The translations under genes and the position numbers were made by a program. A DNA stretch of 64,000 nucleotides from Gammaproteobacteria bacterium (GTDB lineage Bacteria > Pseudomonadota > Gammaproteobacteria > UBA5335 > SLRW01), in the NCBI GenBank assembly GCA_035638695.1, contig DASQZM010000021.1, positions 128,888 to 192,887 of the forward strand, written 5' to 3'. The notes below the pieces were generated by a model. It worked only from the letters and a program-made list of their open reading frames with translations. It was not told the DNA's origin and ran no database searches. Shown in pieces: positions 53,567 through 63,913 of this stretch (positions within the stretch are counted from its first letter, which is position 1; each line of letters begins with the position of its first letter).

Positions 53567-54427
53567 TCACTCCGGATGGATGCGGATCAGTCCTTCCTGG
53601 GCGACGGACGCTATCAGGCGGCTATCCCGCGTGTACAAGCTGCCGCGATTGAAGCCGCGCCCGTTGGATGCGCTGGGGCTGTCCTGGACGTAGAGCAGCC
53701 AGTCGTCCATGCGGAACTCGCGGTGGAACCACATGGCGTGATCGAGGCTCGCCGCCTGTACGTGACGCTGCAGGAAGGATAGTCCGTGGGGACGCGCGGC
53801 GGTGCTTAGCAGCGTGAAATCGGAGGCGTAGGCGAGCATGCACTGGTGCAGCGCGAAGTCGTCTGGCAGCGAGCCGCGGGCACGGATCCAGCAGTGCTTG
53901 CGGGGCGGATGCTTGGCGGGCTCGAACAGATCGATGGGCTCGACCGGGCGGATCTCGATCGCTCGCTCGCGGGTGAACACGTCGCGGACCTTTTCCGGTA
54001 CCCGGTGCGCCACCTCCCGGCGCAGCTCGGTTTCGGACATCAGTCCGTCGGGGCCCGGGAGGTCGGGCATCCGGCTCTGGTGCTCGACGCCGTCTTCGAC
54101 CACCTGGAAGGAGGCGGACAGGTTGAAGATCGCGCGTCCGTGCTGGATCGCCACCACCCGGCGGGTGGTGAAGCTCCGCCCGTCCCGGATGCGGTCGACC
54201 TCGTAGACGATCGGCGCCTCCATGTCGCCCGGGCGCAGGAAATAGCCGTGGATGGAGTGGCAGCGACGATCCTCGACGGTGCGCCCGGCGGCCATCAGGG
54301 CCTGGCCCAGGACCTGACCCCCGAACACGCTGCGCCCGCCGATGTCGCGGCTGTCCCCGCGGAACAGGTTCTCCTCGAGCCGCTCCAGGTCGAGCTGGAC
54401 CAGCAGGTCTTTGAGAATTCCGGACAT
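53567..54427 (-). CDS. tesB: Acyl-CoA thioesterase II
   Basis: Double hot-dog fold, collinear with TesB (LERLEENLFRG, VFGGQVLGQAL, HSIHGYFLRPGD, SLDHAMWFHR). Confidence 0.9.
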   Translation of the reverse strand: MSGILKDLLVQLDLERLEENLFRGDSRDIGGRSVFGGQVLGQALMAAGRTVEDRRCHSIHGYFLRPGDMEAPIVYEVDRIRDGRSFTTRRVVAIQHGRAIFNLSASFQVVEDGVEHQSRMPDLPGPDGLMSETELRREVAHRVPEKVRDVFTRERAIEIRPVEPIDLFEPAKHPPRKHCWIRARGSLPDDFALHQCMLAYASDFTLLSTAARPHGLSFLQRHVQAASLDHAMWFHREFRMDDWLLYVQDSPSASNGRGFNRGSLYTRDSRLIASVAQEGLIRIHPE

Positions 54428-54525
54428 CCGCCTGTCTCCCTGTGCGTGGAAGGAAAGCACGCGGGCAGCAAGTCTACGCGACCACGCGCCGCTACGGGAG
54501 CCCGCAGATGGACCCGCGGGCCGGC

Positions 54526-54897
54526 TCAGTCCCCGGACCGGACCTCGACTCGATCGACGCGGTCGGCGTAGAAAGCCATATGCCCGCGGATGTCAGATAC
54601 TTTCTCCAGCGGTTCCAGGTAGCTCCACACGGCGTTCTCTGCCACCCGGCGGGGAGTCCGGACGGTCCAGTAGACCGCATCTCCCTTGTAGGGGCAGTGA
54701 GTCTGCCGCGGGGTCGGCTCCAGCAGGTCGGTGCGCACGTCCTCGCGCGGCAGGTAATACACGTCGGGCAGGCCGGTCTCATGCAGGACCACGGCCCTCT
54801 CGCTGTCGGCGATTACCGTGTCGTCGAGGTGGATGCGCACGCGCCCCTGCCAGGGCGCGGTACTGACGTCGTGCTTGTCATGGCTGGTGGATCGCAT
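54526..54897 (-). CDS. DUF427 domain protein
   Basis: YYLPREDV..T.CPYKG.A.YW......N.VW.Y..P pattern. Confidence 0.75.
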   Translation of the reverse strand: MRSTSHDKHDVSTAPWQGRVRIHLDDTVIADSERAVVLHETGLPDVYYLPREDVRTDLLEPTPRQTHCPYKGDAVYWTVRTPRRVAENAVWSYLEPLEKVSDIRGHMAFYADRVDRVEVRSGD

Positions 54898-54981
54898 GGT
54901 GACCTCCGTCGTGGCGTTGCCAATGAAGGCCCGGGCCGTGCGGGGCCGGCACCGGACCGGGGGACAGCCCGAGGGTCCATG

Positions 54982-55839
54982 TTAGTGGAGCGCGAGCGCC
55001 ATGCGGCGCCTGGTGTCCCGAACCCGTGGATCGTCCGGGCCCAGCAGGTCAAACAGCGCCAGCAGGTCGGTCCGGGCCGCTCCGTCGCCGTACCCGGGAT
55101 GCTCCTCCAGCAGGGTGAGCAGGCGTTCGAGCGCCTCATCGTGGTCACCGGAGAGCACCGCCGCCGCCGCGAGCCGGCGCAGGGCCTCGGAGTCCGACGG
55201 CTCCTGCCCGAGGCGGCGCCGGAGCCCGGTGTGGTCGCTCGGGTCACCGGCGATCTCCGCGAACCGGACAAGCCGCGCCGCGGCCTGCAGCGCCGGCTCC
55301 TCGCGCGCTTCGCGCGGGGCGGCCTCGAGGGTTGCGCGCGCGCCGGCGGCGTCGCCGTCCGCGATCAGCAGCTCGACCAGGGGCGGATAGAGGCGGTCGT
55401 TACCCGGGTCGTCCACCAGGGCCTGCCGCAGGGTGGCGAGGGCTTCCGGCCGGCGGCCGGCCTCCAGCAGGTGGCCCGCCTGCTCCGCGGCGCCATCGGA
55501 AGCACGCCGGACATGTCGGTCCAGCAGGGCGCGGATCTGCGGCTCCGGCTGGACGCCGGTGAACTCGTCCACCACCTCGCCGTCCCGGAACAGCTTGACG
55601 TTGGGGATGCCGCGGACGCTGAAGCGGGCGGCGAGATCCTGCTCGCGGTCGACATCGACTTTGGCCAGCAGGAAGCCGCCGGCGTACTGCTGCGCGAGGC
55701 GTTCCAGCACCGGGCCCAGCATCTTGCATGGACCGCACCAGCCGGCCCAGAAATCCACCAGCACGGGCCGCTCGTGCGAGCCTTCGAGCACCACCGAGGC
55801 GAAGTCGGCGGCGGTGACGTTGCGTACGGCTTGGTTCAT
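54982..55839 (-). CDS. Thioredoxin-domain protein with C-terminal TPR-like domain (YbbN/CnoX architecture, active CGPC site)
   Basis: VLVDFWAGWCGPCKML, then a helical repeat region ending ALFDLLGPDDPRV..RRRMA. Confidence 0.85.
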   Translation of the reverse strand: MNQAVRNVTAADFASVVLEGSHERPVLVDFWAGWCGPCKMLGPVLERLAQQYAGGFLLAKVDVDREQDLAARFSVRGIPNVKLFRDGEVVDEFTGVQPEPQIRALLDRHVRRASDGAAEQAGHLLEAGRRPEALATLRQALVDDPGNDRLYPPLVELLIADGDAAGARATLEAAPREAREEPALQAAARLVRFAEIAGDPSDHTGLRRRLGQEPSDSEALRRLAAAAVLSGDHDEALERLLTLLEEHPGYGDGAARTDLLALFDLLGPDDPRVRDTRRRMALALH

Positions 55840-55897
55840 GCTTCGCTCCGCGGGCTGTGCCTGCAGCAGTAATGCATGTGGGTTGCCGGCTTCCGTT

Positions 55898-56587
55898 TCA
55901 AGGCGCCTCCACGCCGTGCCGCGGCGCTTTCCCGAAGCGCACCGTGTCGGGTGCGAGGCTGCCGGCGGAGATCACGAAGGAGATTGCCTGGTCGACGGTC
56001 CAGTCGGTCTCGACCACGTTCTCGATCGGCAGGATCTCCACGTAGCCGGAGGTGGGATTGGGCGTGGTCGGCACGTACACCGAGGCGAGCGTGCCGCCCG
56101 TTTCCGGGTCGGTCATGGTGCGAGTGATGAAGCCGATGGTCTTCATCTCCGGCGACGGGAACGGGATCAGCACCACGCGCTGGAGCTGGCCGGGGTGCTG
56201 CTGGAAGGCCTCGAGCAACCGTTTGGTCGAGCCGTAGATGCGCTCGACCAGCGGGATGCGCCGGATCAGGCGGTCGAAGGCGTCCAGCACGCGGCGCCCG
56301 ACGACCCGGGTGGCCAGCCAGCCCAGCAGGTACAGCCCGAGCACTGTCAGCAGCACCGCGACCACGTACTGAAACCAGGGCTGCAGCAACCACTGCGCCA
56401 CCGTGGGCTGGTACGGGCGTACCGCGCGTGCCATGGCTCGCACCCAGGGCGCCCCCACGCTGCTGAGCCGGGTCAGCACCAGGTGGAACACCCACCACGT
56501 CACCCACAGCGGGATCAGGGTGATCACGCCCGCGAGCAGGTAGCGCCGCGCGCGGCGGGCGGGGTGGAATCCGTCTTCGCTGTCCAT
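55898..56587 (-). CDS. DUF502 membrane protein
   Basis: N-terminal TM segments (LLAGVITLIPLWVTWWV) and the conserved IPLVERIYGSTK..VPTTPNPTSGY block. ATG 56587 has a GAGGGAAG SD. Confidence 0.8.
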   Translation of the reverse strand: MDSEDGFHPARRARRYLLAGVITLIPLWVTWWVFHLVLTRLSSVGAPWVRAMARAVRPYQPTVAQWLLQPWFQYVVAVLLTVLGLYLLGWLATRVVGRRVLDAFDRLIRRIPLVERIYGSTKRLLEAFQQHPGQLQRVVLIPFPSPEMKTIGFITRTMTDPETGGTLASVYVPTTPNPTSGYVEILPIENVVETDWTVDQAISFVISAGSLAPDTVRFGKAPRHGVEAP

Positions 56588-56651
56588 CGCTTCCCTCGGG
56601 CGGGGCGGCAACCTCCCGGCATCATACCCCGCTGCCCGGGCCACGGGGCCA

Positions 56652-58364
56652 CTACCGGCTGCCGGTACGGGAGCCGGAGAGGCTGTCCCGGGCCTGCTCG
56701 GCGAGACGGAACTTCTGGATCTTGCCGGTCGATGTGGTCGGCCAGTCCTTGGCATCGACGAAGAACACGTGCCGGGGAATCTTGAACTTCGCCAGGGATT
56801 TCCGGCACCAGTCGAGCACCTCGCGGCGCGTGAGACTCTCGCCCGGGCGCAGTTCAACGAAGGCGCAGCCCACGTGATGTTGCACCGGGTCCGGGAGGCC
56901 GACCACGTAGGCTTGGTTGACCGCCGGGTGGCGCGTGAGCACCTGCTCGATCTCTTTCGGCACCACGTTTTCCCCGGAGACCTTGTACAACTCGTCACTG
57001 CGGCCCGTGAGCTCGAGGTAACCGTCGGCATGCAGGATGCCGAGGTCCCCGGTGCGCAGCCAGCCGTCCTTGTCAATGCGCTTGCCGTTCTCCTCGGGTC
57101 GGCGGTAGTAGCCGCGCGCTACCGTGTTGCCGCGCACGCACAGCTCTCCTTCCTCGCCGGAAGGCAGGTCCTCGAGGGTGTGCGGGTCAATGGTCTTGTA
57201 CTGGACGTTGGCCCCGTTGAACTCGGGCAGGCCCGAGACGCCGCCGGGCTTGATACGCCCTACCCGGGAGGCGACGGTCTCGACCGGGTCGCCGGGCTCG
57301 GTGTGCATGGTGGCTGCCGCGGCCTCGGTCATGCCGTAGCCGGTGCAGATCTCGGCCAGGCCCAGCTCCCGGATCGCGCGTTCCCAGAGCGTCGCCGGCG
57401 CCGGCGCAGCCGCGCACATCACCGCCTGCAGCGACTCGATGTCGTGTGTGGCCAGGGACGGCTCGGACAGCAGGGCCACGAGCATCGACGGCACGCAGAG
57501 GAAGTCGTCGGCCCGGTAGCGTTCGATCAGGTCCAGTGCCTGCCGCGGCGCAAAGTGCTGCTGGGGAATGATGCAGCCGCCGACGAACGTGGCGGCCAGG
57601 GTGCCTTCCACCAGGGCGAAGATATGATGCAGCGGCAGCGCGAACAGCATCCGGCGGCCGTCGTTGAACGCGCGGCTGAGCGTGGTGGAGTAGGCCGAGC
57701 GCAGGACCATGTCGTGGCTCAGCATGACCCCCCTCGGGTGGCCGGTGGTGCCGGAGGTGTACAGCAGCCAGACGACCTCGTCCGGATACTGCGAGTCGGC
57801 CTCGCGCCGGGCGAGGTCTGCGTCGTCGATCCGGTCGGCGCCGTCCAGCAGGCTCTTCCAGCCGGTCCAGCCTTCGCGCAGCCGCCCCGGCCGCGGGCCG
57901 CCCAGCAGCAGCACCTGCCGCAGGCGGCTGTCCTCCCGGATACTGATCGCCTCCAGTGCGGCGCGATGGTCGATGGACCCGATGCGGCTCTCGCTGATCA
58001 CCGCGGTGACGTCTGCATCGGCGAAGGCGAAGCCGACCTCGTCGCGCGTCCACATGCTGTTGACCGGGATGCACACCGCACCGATGCGCGCCAGCGCCAG
58101 CACGCAGACCAAAAACTCCGTGCGGTTGCTCATGATCACGGCGACATGCTCGCGCCGCCGAATGCCCGCCCCGATCAGCGCCTTCGCCAGCCGGCGCGAC
58201 TGGTCCCCGATCTGCGCGTAGCTCGCCCCGGTTTCCGGCGTCATCACCAGCGGTCGGTCGGCGTACTGCCGGCACATGGCGTCGAAATGGGCGGCGACTG
58301 TGCGCCGGGGCCACTCGGGGAAGCGTTCCTCGATCGCGCGGCGTCGGGTCTGCTTGGGCTCCAT
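56652..58364 (-). CDS. AMP-dependent synthetase/ligase (acyl-CoA synthetase)
   Basis: LLYTSGTTGHPRGV, YGMTE, GWLRTGD and PTTSTGKIQK motifs over 570 aa. Confidence 0.9.
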   Translation of the reverse strand: MEPKQTRRRAIEERFPEWPRRTVAAHFDAMCRQYADRPLVMTPETGASYAQIGDQSRRLAKALIGAGIRRREHVAVIMSNRTEFLVCVLALARIGAVCIPVNSMWTRDEVGFAFADADVTAVISESRIGSIDHRAALEAISIREDSRLRQVLLLGGPRPGRLREGWTGWKSLLDGADRIDDADLARREADSQYPDEVVWLLYTSGTTGHPRGVMLSHDMVLRSAYSTTLSRAFNDGRRMLFALPLHHIFALVEGTLAATFVGGCIIPQQHFAPRQALDLIERYRADDFLCVPSMLVALLSEPSLATHDIESLQAVMCAAAPAPATLWERAIRELGLAEICTGYGMTEAAAATMHTEPGDPVETVASRVGRIKPGGVSGLPEFNGANVQYKTIDPHTLEDLPSGEEGELCVRGNTVARGYYRRPEENGKRIDKDGWLRTGDLGILHADGYLELTGRSDELYKVSGENVVPKEIEQVLTRHPAVNQAYVVGLPDPVQHHVGCAFVELRPGESLTRREVLDWCRKSLAKFKIPRHVFFVDAKDWPTTSTGKIQKFRLAEQARDSLSGSRTGSR

Positions 58365-58521
58365 GCGGCGGTCTCCCTCGCTGGCGTGGCCGGCGGAGGC
58401 GTGCCGGGGCTACCCGCTCCGCCGGCAAAGGCTCACGGGAACATTAAAAAACGCGCTGGCCACGGGCGGCAAGCCCGGTGGGGCGGCGGCCGCTCCGTCA
58501 CCATCCCTCGCCGCCGCGCGT

Positions 58522-60900
58522 TCAGGGGCTGCTTCGCTGTCCCGCCAGATGCAGCCAGGTCTCGACCACGGTATCCGGGTTGAGCGACATGCTGTCGATC
58601 TTCTCTTCCAGCAGCCACTGTGCGAGGTCGGGATGGTCGGACGGCCCCTGGCCGCAGATGCCCACGTACTTGCCGGCCTCGCGGCAGGCGCCGATGGCCA
58701 TGTGCAGAAGCTTCTTGACCGCCGGGTTGCGCTCGTCGAAGGCCGCCGCGACCACGCCGGAATCGCGGTCCAGACCCAGGGTAAGCTGGGTGAGGTCGTT
58801 GGAGCCGATGGAGAAGCCGTCGAAGTACTCCAGGAACTCCTGGGCCAGCAGGGCGTTGGAGGGCAGCTCGCACATCATGATCAGCTTCAGGCCCTCGCGG
58901 CCGCGCTCGAGCCCGTTGTCGGCGAGCAGCCGCGTGACCTGGGCGGCCTCCTCGAGCGTGCGCACGAAGGGGATCATGACCTGAACGTTGGCCAGGCCCA
59001 TCTCTTCGCGCACCTTGCGCAGCGCCTGGCACTCCAGCTCGAAGCAGTCGCGGAAATCCTCCGAGATGTACCGGGAGGCGCCGCGGAACCCGATCATCGG
59101 GTTCTCCTCGTCCGGTTCGTACTGCTGACCGCCGATCAGGTTGGCGTATTCGTTGGACTTGAAGTCCGACATGCGCACGATCACCGGCTCGGGATGGAAG
59201 GCGGCGGCGAGCATCGAGATGCCTTCGGCCAGCTTGTCCACGTAGAAGCGAACCGGGTCGCCGTAGGCCTCGAAGCGCCGGCGCACCGTGTCCGCCAGAT
59301 CGCCGCTCAGGCTGTCGAAGTTGAGCAGTGCCTTCGGGTGGACGCCGATCATGCGGTTGATCACGAACTCGAGGCGGGCCAGCCCGACCCCGCGATGCGG
59401 CAGGCTGGCGAAATCGAATGCACGGTCGGGGTTGCCCACGTTCATCATGATCCGTACCGGGATCTCGGGCATGGCGTCCAGGTCCGCGGTGTGGATGGCG
59501 AAATCCAGCCGGCCGTCGTAGATGTAGCCGGTATCGCCCTCCGAGCAGGAAACTGTCACATCGCTGCCGTCGGGGATGGTATCGGTGCCCTCGCCGGTGC
59601 CGACCACCGCCGGGATGCCCAGCTCGCGGGCGATGATCGCGGCGTGGCAGGTGCGTCCGCCGCGGTTGGTGACGATCGCCGAGGCGCGTTTCATCACCGG
59701 CTCCCAGTCGGGGTCGGTCATGTCCGTGACCAGTACGTCGCCCTTCTCGAGCCCGCCCATTTCCTGCAGGTCCATGATCCGCCGCGCCCGTCCCGCGCCG
59801 ATGCGCTGGCCGATGGCGCGCCCGGTGGCGATCACCGCGCCGCGCTCTTGCAGCTGGTAGCGCTCCAGCTGCTGGCCGTTGTGGCGGCTCTTCACGGTCT
59901 CCGGTCGTGCCTGGAGGATGTACAGCCTGCCGTCCTTGCCGTCCTTGCCCCATTCGATGTCCATCGGGCGGCCGTAGTGCTTCTCGATGATCATCGCCTG
60001 GCGTGCCAGGTCCTCGACGTCGGCGTCGCTCAGGCAGAAGCGGCGCTGGTCCTGCGGGGAGACATCGACGGTCCGGACCGTGCGGCCGTGGGCCTGGTCG
60101 TTGCTGTAGACCATCTTGATCGCCTTCTCACCCAGGTTGCGGCGCAGCACCGCGGGGCGTCCGGACTCCAGCGTGGCCTTGTGCACGTAGAACTCGTCCG
60201 GGTTGACGGCGCCTTGTACCACTGTCTCCCCGAGACCGTAGGAAGCGGTGATGAACACCACGCGGTCGAAGCCGGATTCGGTGTCCAGGGTGAACATCAC
60301 CCCGCTGGCCCCGACGTCGCTGCGCACCATCTGCTGGATGCCGGCGGACAGCGCGACCTGGCTGTGGTCGAAGCCGTGGTGATCGCGGTAGGCGATGGCA
60401 CGGTCGTTGAACAGCGAGGCGAACACGTCCTTGATCGCCAGCTTGACGTTGTCCAACCCGCGCACGTTGAGGAAGGTTTCCTGCTGGCCGGCGAAGGAGG
60501 CGTCCGGCAGGTCCTCGGCGGTGGCCGACGAGCGCACGGCGACGGCGAGGTCGTCGCCGATGTCGGCGCGCATCTTCTCGTACGCGCGGGCGATCTGCTG
60601 CTCGAGCTCGGGCGGGAAGGGGGTGTCGACGATCCACTCGCGGACCTTCGCTCCGACCTCGACCAGCTGGTCCACATCGTCCACGTCCAGGTCCGCCATC
60701 GCCGCGTTGATGCGGTCGGCCAGCTGCTCGTGCTCGAGGAACCTGTGGTAGGCGGTAGCGGTGGTGGCGAAGCCGCCCGGGACGCGCACGCCCGCCGCGG
60801 AGAGGTTACTGATCATCTCCCCCAGGGAGGCGTTCTTGCCGCCCACGCGCGGCACGTCGTCCATCCCCAGCGAATCGAACCAGACTACGTAGTCGTCCAA
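58522..60900 (-). CDS. ppsA: Phosphoenolpyruvate synthase
   Basis: [11 protein letters not shown], phospho-His loop [17 protein letters not shown], and a PEP-utilising C-terminal domain. TTG 60900 (AGGGGG SD) gives 792 aa, the same as E. coli. An alternative ATG lies at 60969. Confidence 0.93.
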   Translation of the reverse strand: MDDYVVWFDSLGMDDVPRVGGKNASLGEMISNLSAAGVRVPGGFATTATAYHRFLEHEQLADRINAAMADLDVDDVDQLVEVGAKVREWIVDTPFPPELEQQIARAYEKMRADIGDDLAVAVRSSATAEDLPDASFAGQQETFLNVRGLDNVKLAIKDVFASLFNDRAIAYRDHHGFDHSQVALSAGIQQMVRSDVGASGVMFTLDTESGFDRVVFITASYGLGETVVQGAVNPDEFYVHKATLESGRPAVLRRNLGEKAIKMVYSNDQAHGRTVRTVDVSPQDQRRFCLSDADVEDLARQAMIIEKHYGRPMDIEWGKDGKDGRLYILQARPETVKSRHNGQQLERYQLQERGAVIATGRAIGQRIGAGRARRIMDLQEMGGLEKGDVLVTDMTDPDWEPVMKRASAIVTNRGGRTCHAAIIARELGIPAVVGTGEGTDTIPDGSDVTVSCSEGDTGYIYDGRLDFAIHTADLDAMPEIPVRIMMNVGNPDRAFDFASLPHRGVGLARLEFVINRMIGVHPKALLNFDSLSGDLADTVRRRFEAYGDPVRFYVDKLAEGISMLAAAFHPEPVIVRMSDFKSNEYANLIGGQQYEPDEENPMIGFRGASRYISEDFRDCFELECQALRKVREEMGLANVQVMIPFVRTLEEAAQVTRLLADNGLERGREGLKLIMMCELPSNALLAQEFLEYFDGFSIGSNDLTQLTLGLDRDSGVVAAAFDERNPAVKKLLHMAIGACREAGKYVGICGQGPSDHPDLAQWLLEEKIDSMSLNPDTVVETWLHLAGQRSSP

Positions 60901-61171
60901 CGTTACCCCCTGCGCTGGCTTGTGTTGGGTCGGCGATAATGGAAAATACGCTCCAGCATCGCTCAACATAGTCCCGGTCCGCACCTCGTGCCATGCCTGG
61001 CGTCCGCGCGTCACGGAAGCCGCGCCGAACGCGGGGTGCCGGGGACCGGAGCTTACGGAGGATCTTCCAGGCCGGCACAGAGGGCCGCGCGCAGCGCCGG
61101 GACATGCAGGCCGGGCGGGCGCCGTCCGCTCGCCCCGGCCGCCCACCACCGGGTCGGCGGCAGCTTATCAT

Positions 61172-61996
61172 ATGAAATCCAAGCGTACCGTATTTTTCCT
61201 GTCAGATCGCACGGGCATCACGGCCGAGACCCTGGGGCACAGCCTGCTGACCCAGTTCGACAACGTCGAGTTCGACCAGGTGAACGTGCCCTTCATCCAG
61301 TCCGAGGAGAAGGCCATCCGGACGGTCGAGATGATCAACCGGGCCGCGCGCGAGGATGGCGTGCGGCCGCTGCTGTTCTGCACCCTGATCAACGAGGACA
61401 TCACCAACATCCTGCGCGAAAGCGAGGGGCTGCTGATGGACTTCTTCGGCACCTTCATCGGCCCGCTCGAGCAGGAGCTGCAGATGGAGTCCTCGCATAC
61501 CGTCGGCCGCGCGCACGGCATCGCCAGCTCCCACAACTACCGGGCCCGGATCGACGCCATGCATTACGCCCTCGACAACGACGATGGTGTCTCGATCAAG
61601 GACTACGACAAGGCCGACGCGATCCTGATCGGGGTCTCGCGCAGCGGCAAGACGCCCACCAGTCTGTACCTGGCCCTGCAGTTCGGGGTCTATACGGCCA
61701 ACTATCCGCTGATCCAGGACGACCTCGAACGGATGCGCCTGCCGGACCCGCTCGAGCCCTACCGTCACAAGCTCTACGGGCTGAGCATCCAGGCCGAGCG
61801 GCTGGTCCAGATCCGCGCCGAGCGCCGCCCCGGCAGCCGCTACGCCTCGCTGGAGCAGTGCCGCGACGAGGTCCGCAGCGCGGAACGGCTGTTCCGGCAT
61901 GAGCACGTGCCGTGGCTGGAAACCACCAGCCGCTCGATCGAGGAGATCGCCACGCAGATCCTGGACGAGACGGGGATACCGAGGCGGTTCTACTGA
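61172..61996 (+). CDS. ppsR: PEP synthase regulatory kinase/pyrophosphorylase (DUF299)
   Basis: RTVFFLSDRTGITAE, P-loop GVSRSGKTPTS, and the conserved divergent arrangement with ppsA. Confidence 0.92.
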   Translation: MKSKRTVFFLSDRTGITAETLGHSLLTQFDNVEFDQVNVPFIQSEEKAIRTVEMINRAAREDGVRPLLFCTLINEDITNILRESEGLLMDFFGTFIGPLEQELQMESSHTVGRAHGIASSHNYRARIDAMHYALDNDDGVSIKDYDKADAILIGVSRSGKTPTSLYLALQFGVYTANYPLIQDDLERMRLPDPLEPYRHKLYGLSIQAERLVQIRAERRPGSRYASLEQCRDEVRSAERLFRHEHVPWLETTSRSIEEIATQILDETGIPRRFY

Positions 61997-61997
61997 C

Positions 61998-62026
61998 GCC
62001 CGAGCCGTGGGGCTCGGGCAGTTTTA
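61998..62026 (+). terminator. Rho-independent terminator of ppsR
   Basis: GCCCGAGCC-GTGG-GGCTCGGGC (9-bp stem) followed by AGTTTTAA. It starts 2 nt after the stop codon. Confidence 0.75.
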
Positions 62027-62028
62027 AC

Positions 62029-62186
62029 GGGCAGTTTTAAGTTGTTAAGTTGTTAAGTGTTAAGTGAAATTAGACTCGGTGCCCATAAGAAATCCCGTTG
62101 CGGGGGGACCGGATGGCGAGTTCGTCTCTGCGAGGCTCGCAGTGGTCACCATCGCCTCGGGAATTCGTCACTTAACAACTTAAAAC
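62029..62186. repeat. AT-rich element flanked by inverted repeats, with tandem TTGTTAAG units and a ~100-bp GC-rich core
   Basis: GTTTTAAGTTGTTAAGT (62034-62050) pairs with its exact complement at 62170-62186. The left arm has extra (T)TGTTAAG copies. The 12-mer GGGCAGTTTTAA occurs twice (62016-62027 and 62029-62040). The element ends 3 nt from the pgm stop. Confidence 0.65.
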
Positions 62187-62189
62187 TTT

Positions 62190-63848
62190 CTATATCGTCT
62201 TGTCCGGTTTCTCCCGCCCCAGGCGCTGGTGGATCCCGGCGACCGTGTCGGCGCGCTCGATGACCTCGGCGAGGGCTCGGGCGGGATCGTCCTGCTGGCG
62301 CTCCGGATCGCTTTCCGGCCGCTCCATGTACACTCGCAGGGTCGCGCCCTGGGTGCCCGTGCCCGAGAGCCGGTAGACGATGCGGGCGCCGTCGCTGAAG
62401 CCCACGCGGATCCCCTGGTGCTCGCTGACGCTGCCGTCGACCGGATCGTGGTAGGCGAATTCGTCGGCGTAGGTCACGCGCACGTCGCCGAGCTCGCGGC
62501 CCGCGATCTCCGGGAGCCGGTCGCGCAGCGCTTTCATGAAGTCCGCGGCGCGCTCGGCCTCGAGCGCCTCGTAGTCGTGGCGGGTGAAGTAGTCGCGCCC
62601 GTACTGACGCCAGTGCTCCGCCAGCAGGTCGGTCACCGGCATGCGCCGCACCGCCAGCAGGTTGAGCCAGAACAGCACCGCCCAGACCCCGTCCTTCTCC
62701 CGGATGTGGTTGCCGCTGGTCCCGAAGCTCTCCTCCCCGCAGAGGTCGATGCGGCGGTCGTCGAGCAGGTTGCAGAAGAACTTCCAGCCCGTAGGGGTCT
62801 CGTACACGGGGATGTCGAGCGCGTGGGCCACCCGGTCCAGGGCGTGGCTGGTGGGCATGGAGCGGGCCACGCCCCGCAGGCCGTCGCGGAAGGCGGGTAC
62901 CCGCCGGGCCTGGGCCGCGAGCAGGGCGAGGCTGTCGCAGGGGGAGACCACGGCCCCGCCTGCGGCGATCATGTTGCGGTCGCCGTCGCCGTCGGAGGCC
63001 GCGCCGAGGTCGGGCCCGCCCGGCTCCGCCAGGCGACGCATGAGCTCGGCCGCGCTATCCGGGCCGGGGTCCGGATGGGCACCGCCGAAGTCCTCGCGCA
63101 TGTCGCAGCGCAGCAGGTTTTCGCCCGGGCAGGCGAGGCGGTTGCCGAAGATCTCCAGGGCATAGGGGCCGGTCGCGCCATGCATGGCGTCGAAGCAGAA
63201 GCGCAGCCCGCCGGAGCGGACCCGCTCACGGATCAGGTCGAAGTCGAACAGCGATTCCATCAGGTCGGCATAGTCCGCGACCGGGTCGATCAGCTCGATG
63301 CGCGTCTCCCCCAGGGAGAGCTCGCCGGGACGGGAGAGGTCGAGCGGCGCATTGCGGCAGATCCGGTACTCGGCGATCTGCCGGCTGCGCTGGTAGACGG
63401 CCTCGGTGATGGATTCCGGCGCCGGGGCGCCGGCGGCGTTGTTGAACTTCACGCCGAAGTCCCCGTCCGGGCCGCCGGGATTGTGGCTGGCGGTCAGGAT
63501 CAGCGCCCCGCGGGCCCCGCGCTTGCGTACCAGGTGCGAGGCCGCCGGCGTGCTCAGGCGCCCCCCGGTTCCGGCGACCACCCGTCCCACGCCGTTGGCC
63601 GCCGCCATCGACAGGAACACCTGCAGGGCGTGGTGGTTGTAGTAGCGGCCGTCCCCGCCGAGCACCACGGTGCGGCCACGCCAGGTCGTGTCCGGGTCGG
63701 CGTCGAGGGTGTCCAGGATCGACTGGAAGAAGTTCTCGAGGTAGCCCGGGCGGCGGAAGGCCGCCACGGTCTTGCGCAGCCCGGACGTACCCGGGCGCTG
63801 GTCGTCGAAGGCTTGCGTGGGGACGGTGTCGATTGGCAGCGTGCTCAT
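62190..63848 (-). CDS. pgm: Phosphoglucomutase (alpha-D-glucose phosphate-specific)
   Basis: GTSGLRK, phosphoserine loop TASHNPGG, metal loop DGDGDRN, and GEESFG. Confidence 0.93.
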   Translation of the reverse strand: MSTLPIDTVPTQAFDDQRPGTSGLRKTVAAFRRPGYLENFFQSILDTLDADPDTTWRGRTVVLGGDGRYYNHHALQVFLSMAAANGVGRVVAGTGGRLSTPAASHLVRKRGARGALILTASHNPGGPDGDFGVKFNNAAGAPAPESITEAVYQRSRQIAEYRICRNAPLDLSRPGELSLGETRIELIDPVADYADLMESLFDFDLIRERVRSGGLRFCFDAMHGATGPYALEIFGNRLACPGENLLRCDMREDFGGAHPDPGPDSAAELMRRLAEPGGPDLGAASDGDGDRNMIAAGGAVVSPCDSLALLAAQARRVPAFRDGLRGVARSMPTSHALDRVAHALDIPVYETPTGWKFFCNLLDDRRIDLCGEESFGTSGNHIREKDGVWAVLFWLNLLAVRRMPVTDLLAEHWRQYGRDYFTRHDYEALEAERAADFMKALRDRLPEIAGRELGDVRVTYADEFAYHDPVDGSVSEHQGIRVGFSDGARIVYRLSGTGTQGATLRVYMERPESDPERQQDDPARALAEVIERADTVAGIHQRLGREKPDKTI

Positions 63849-63913
63849 GTCGGATCCTCCGCCGTTGAGGGGCGTGACGAACGGAGCGCAGTTGCTATGG
63901 TATATTCGCGGCC

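Noticed and set aside
58276-60939. 887-aa ORF on the plus strand
   Set aside because: It is antisense to ppsA, with the same shadow-ORF character. Other long ORFs were rejected for the same reason: 7240-8886, 28540-30108, 30844-32538, 42295-43443, 47128-49050, 54442-55872, 56769-58583 and 62229-63923.
62034-62186. Integron attC site (GTTAAGT fits GTTRRRY and ACTTAAC fits RYYYAAC)
   Set aside because: The order is reversed relative to attC (inverse core first, core last). There is no intI, no cassette ORF and no array. The match is probably only the result of an AT-rich palindrome.
62057-62263. 68-aa ORF inside the AT-rich element
   Set aside because: It has no SD and its codon usage is unlike the rest of the genome. 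It runs through the inverted-repeat core and into the antisense of the pgm 3' end. It is most likely spurious.
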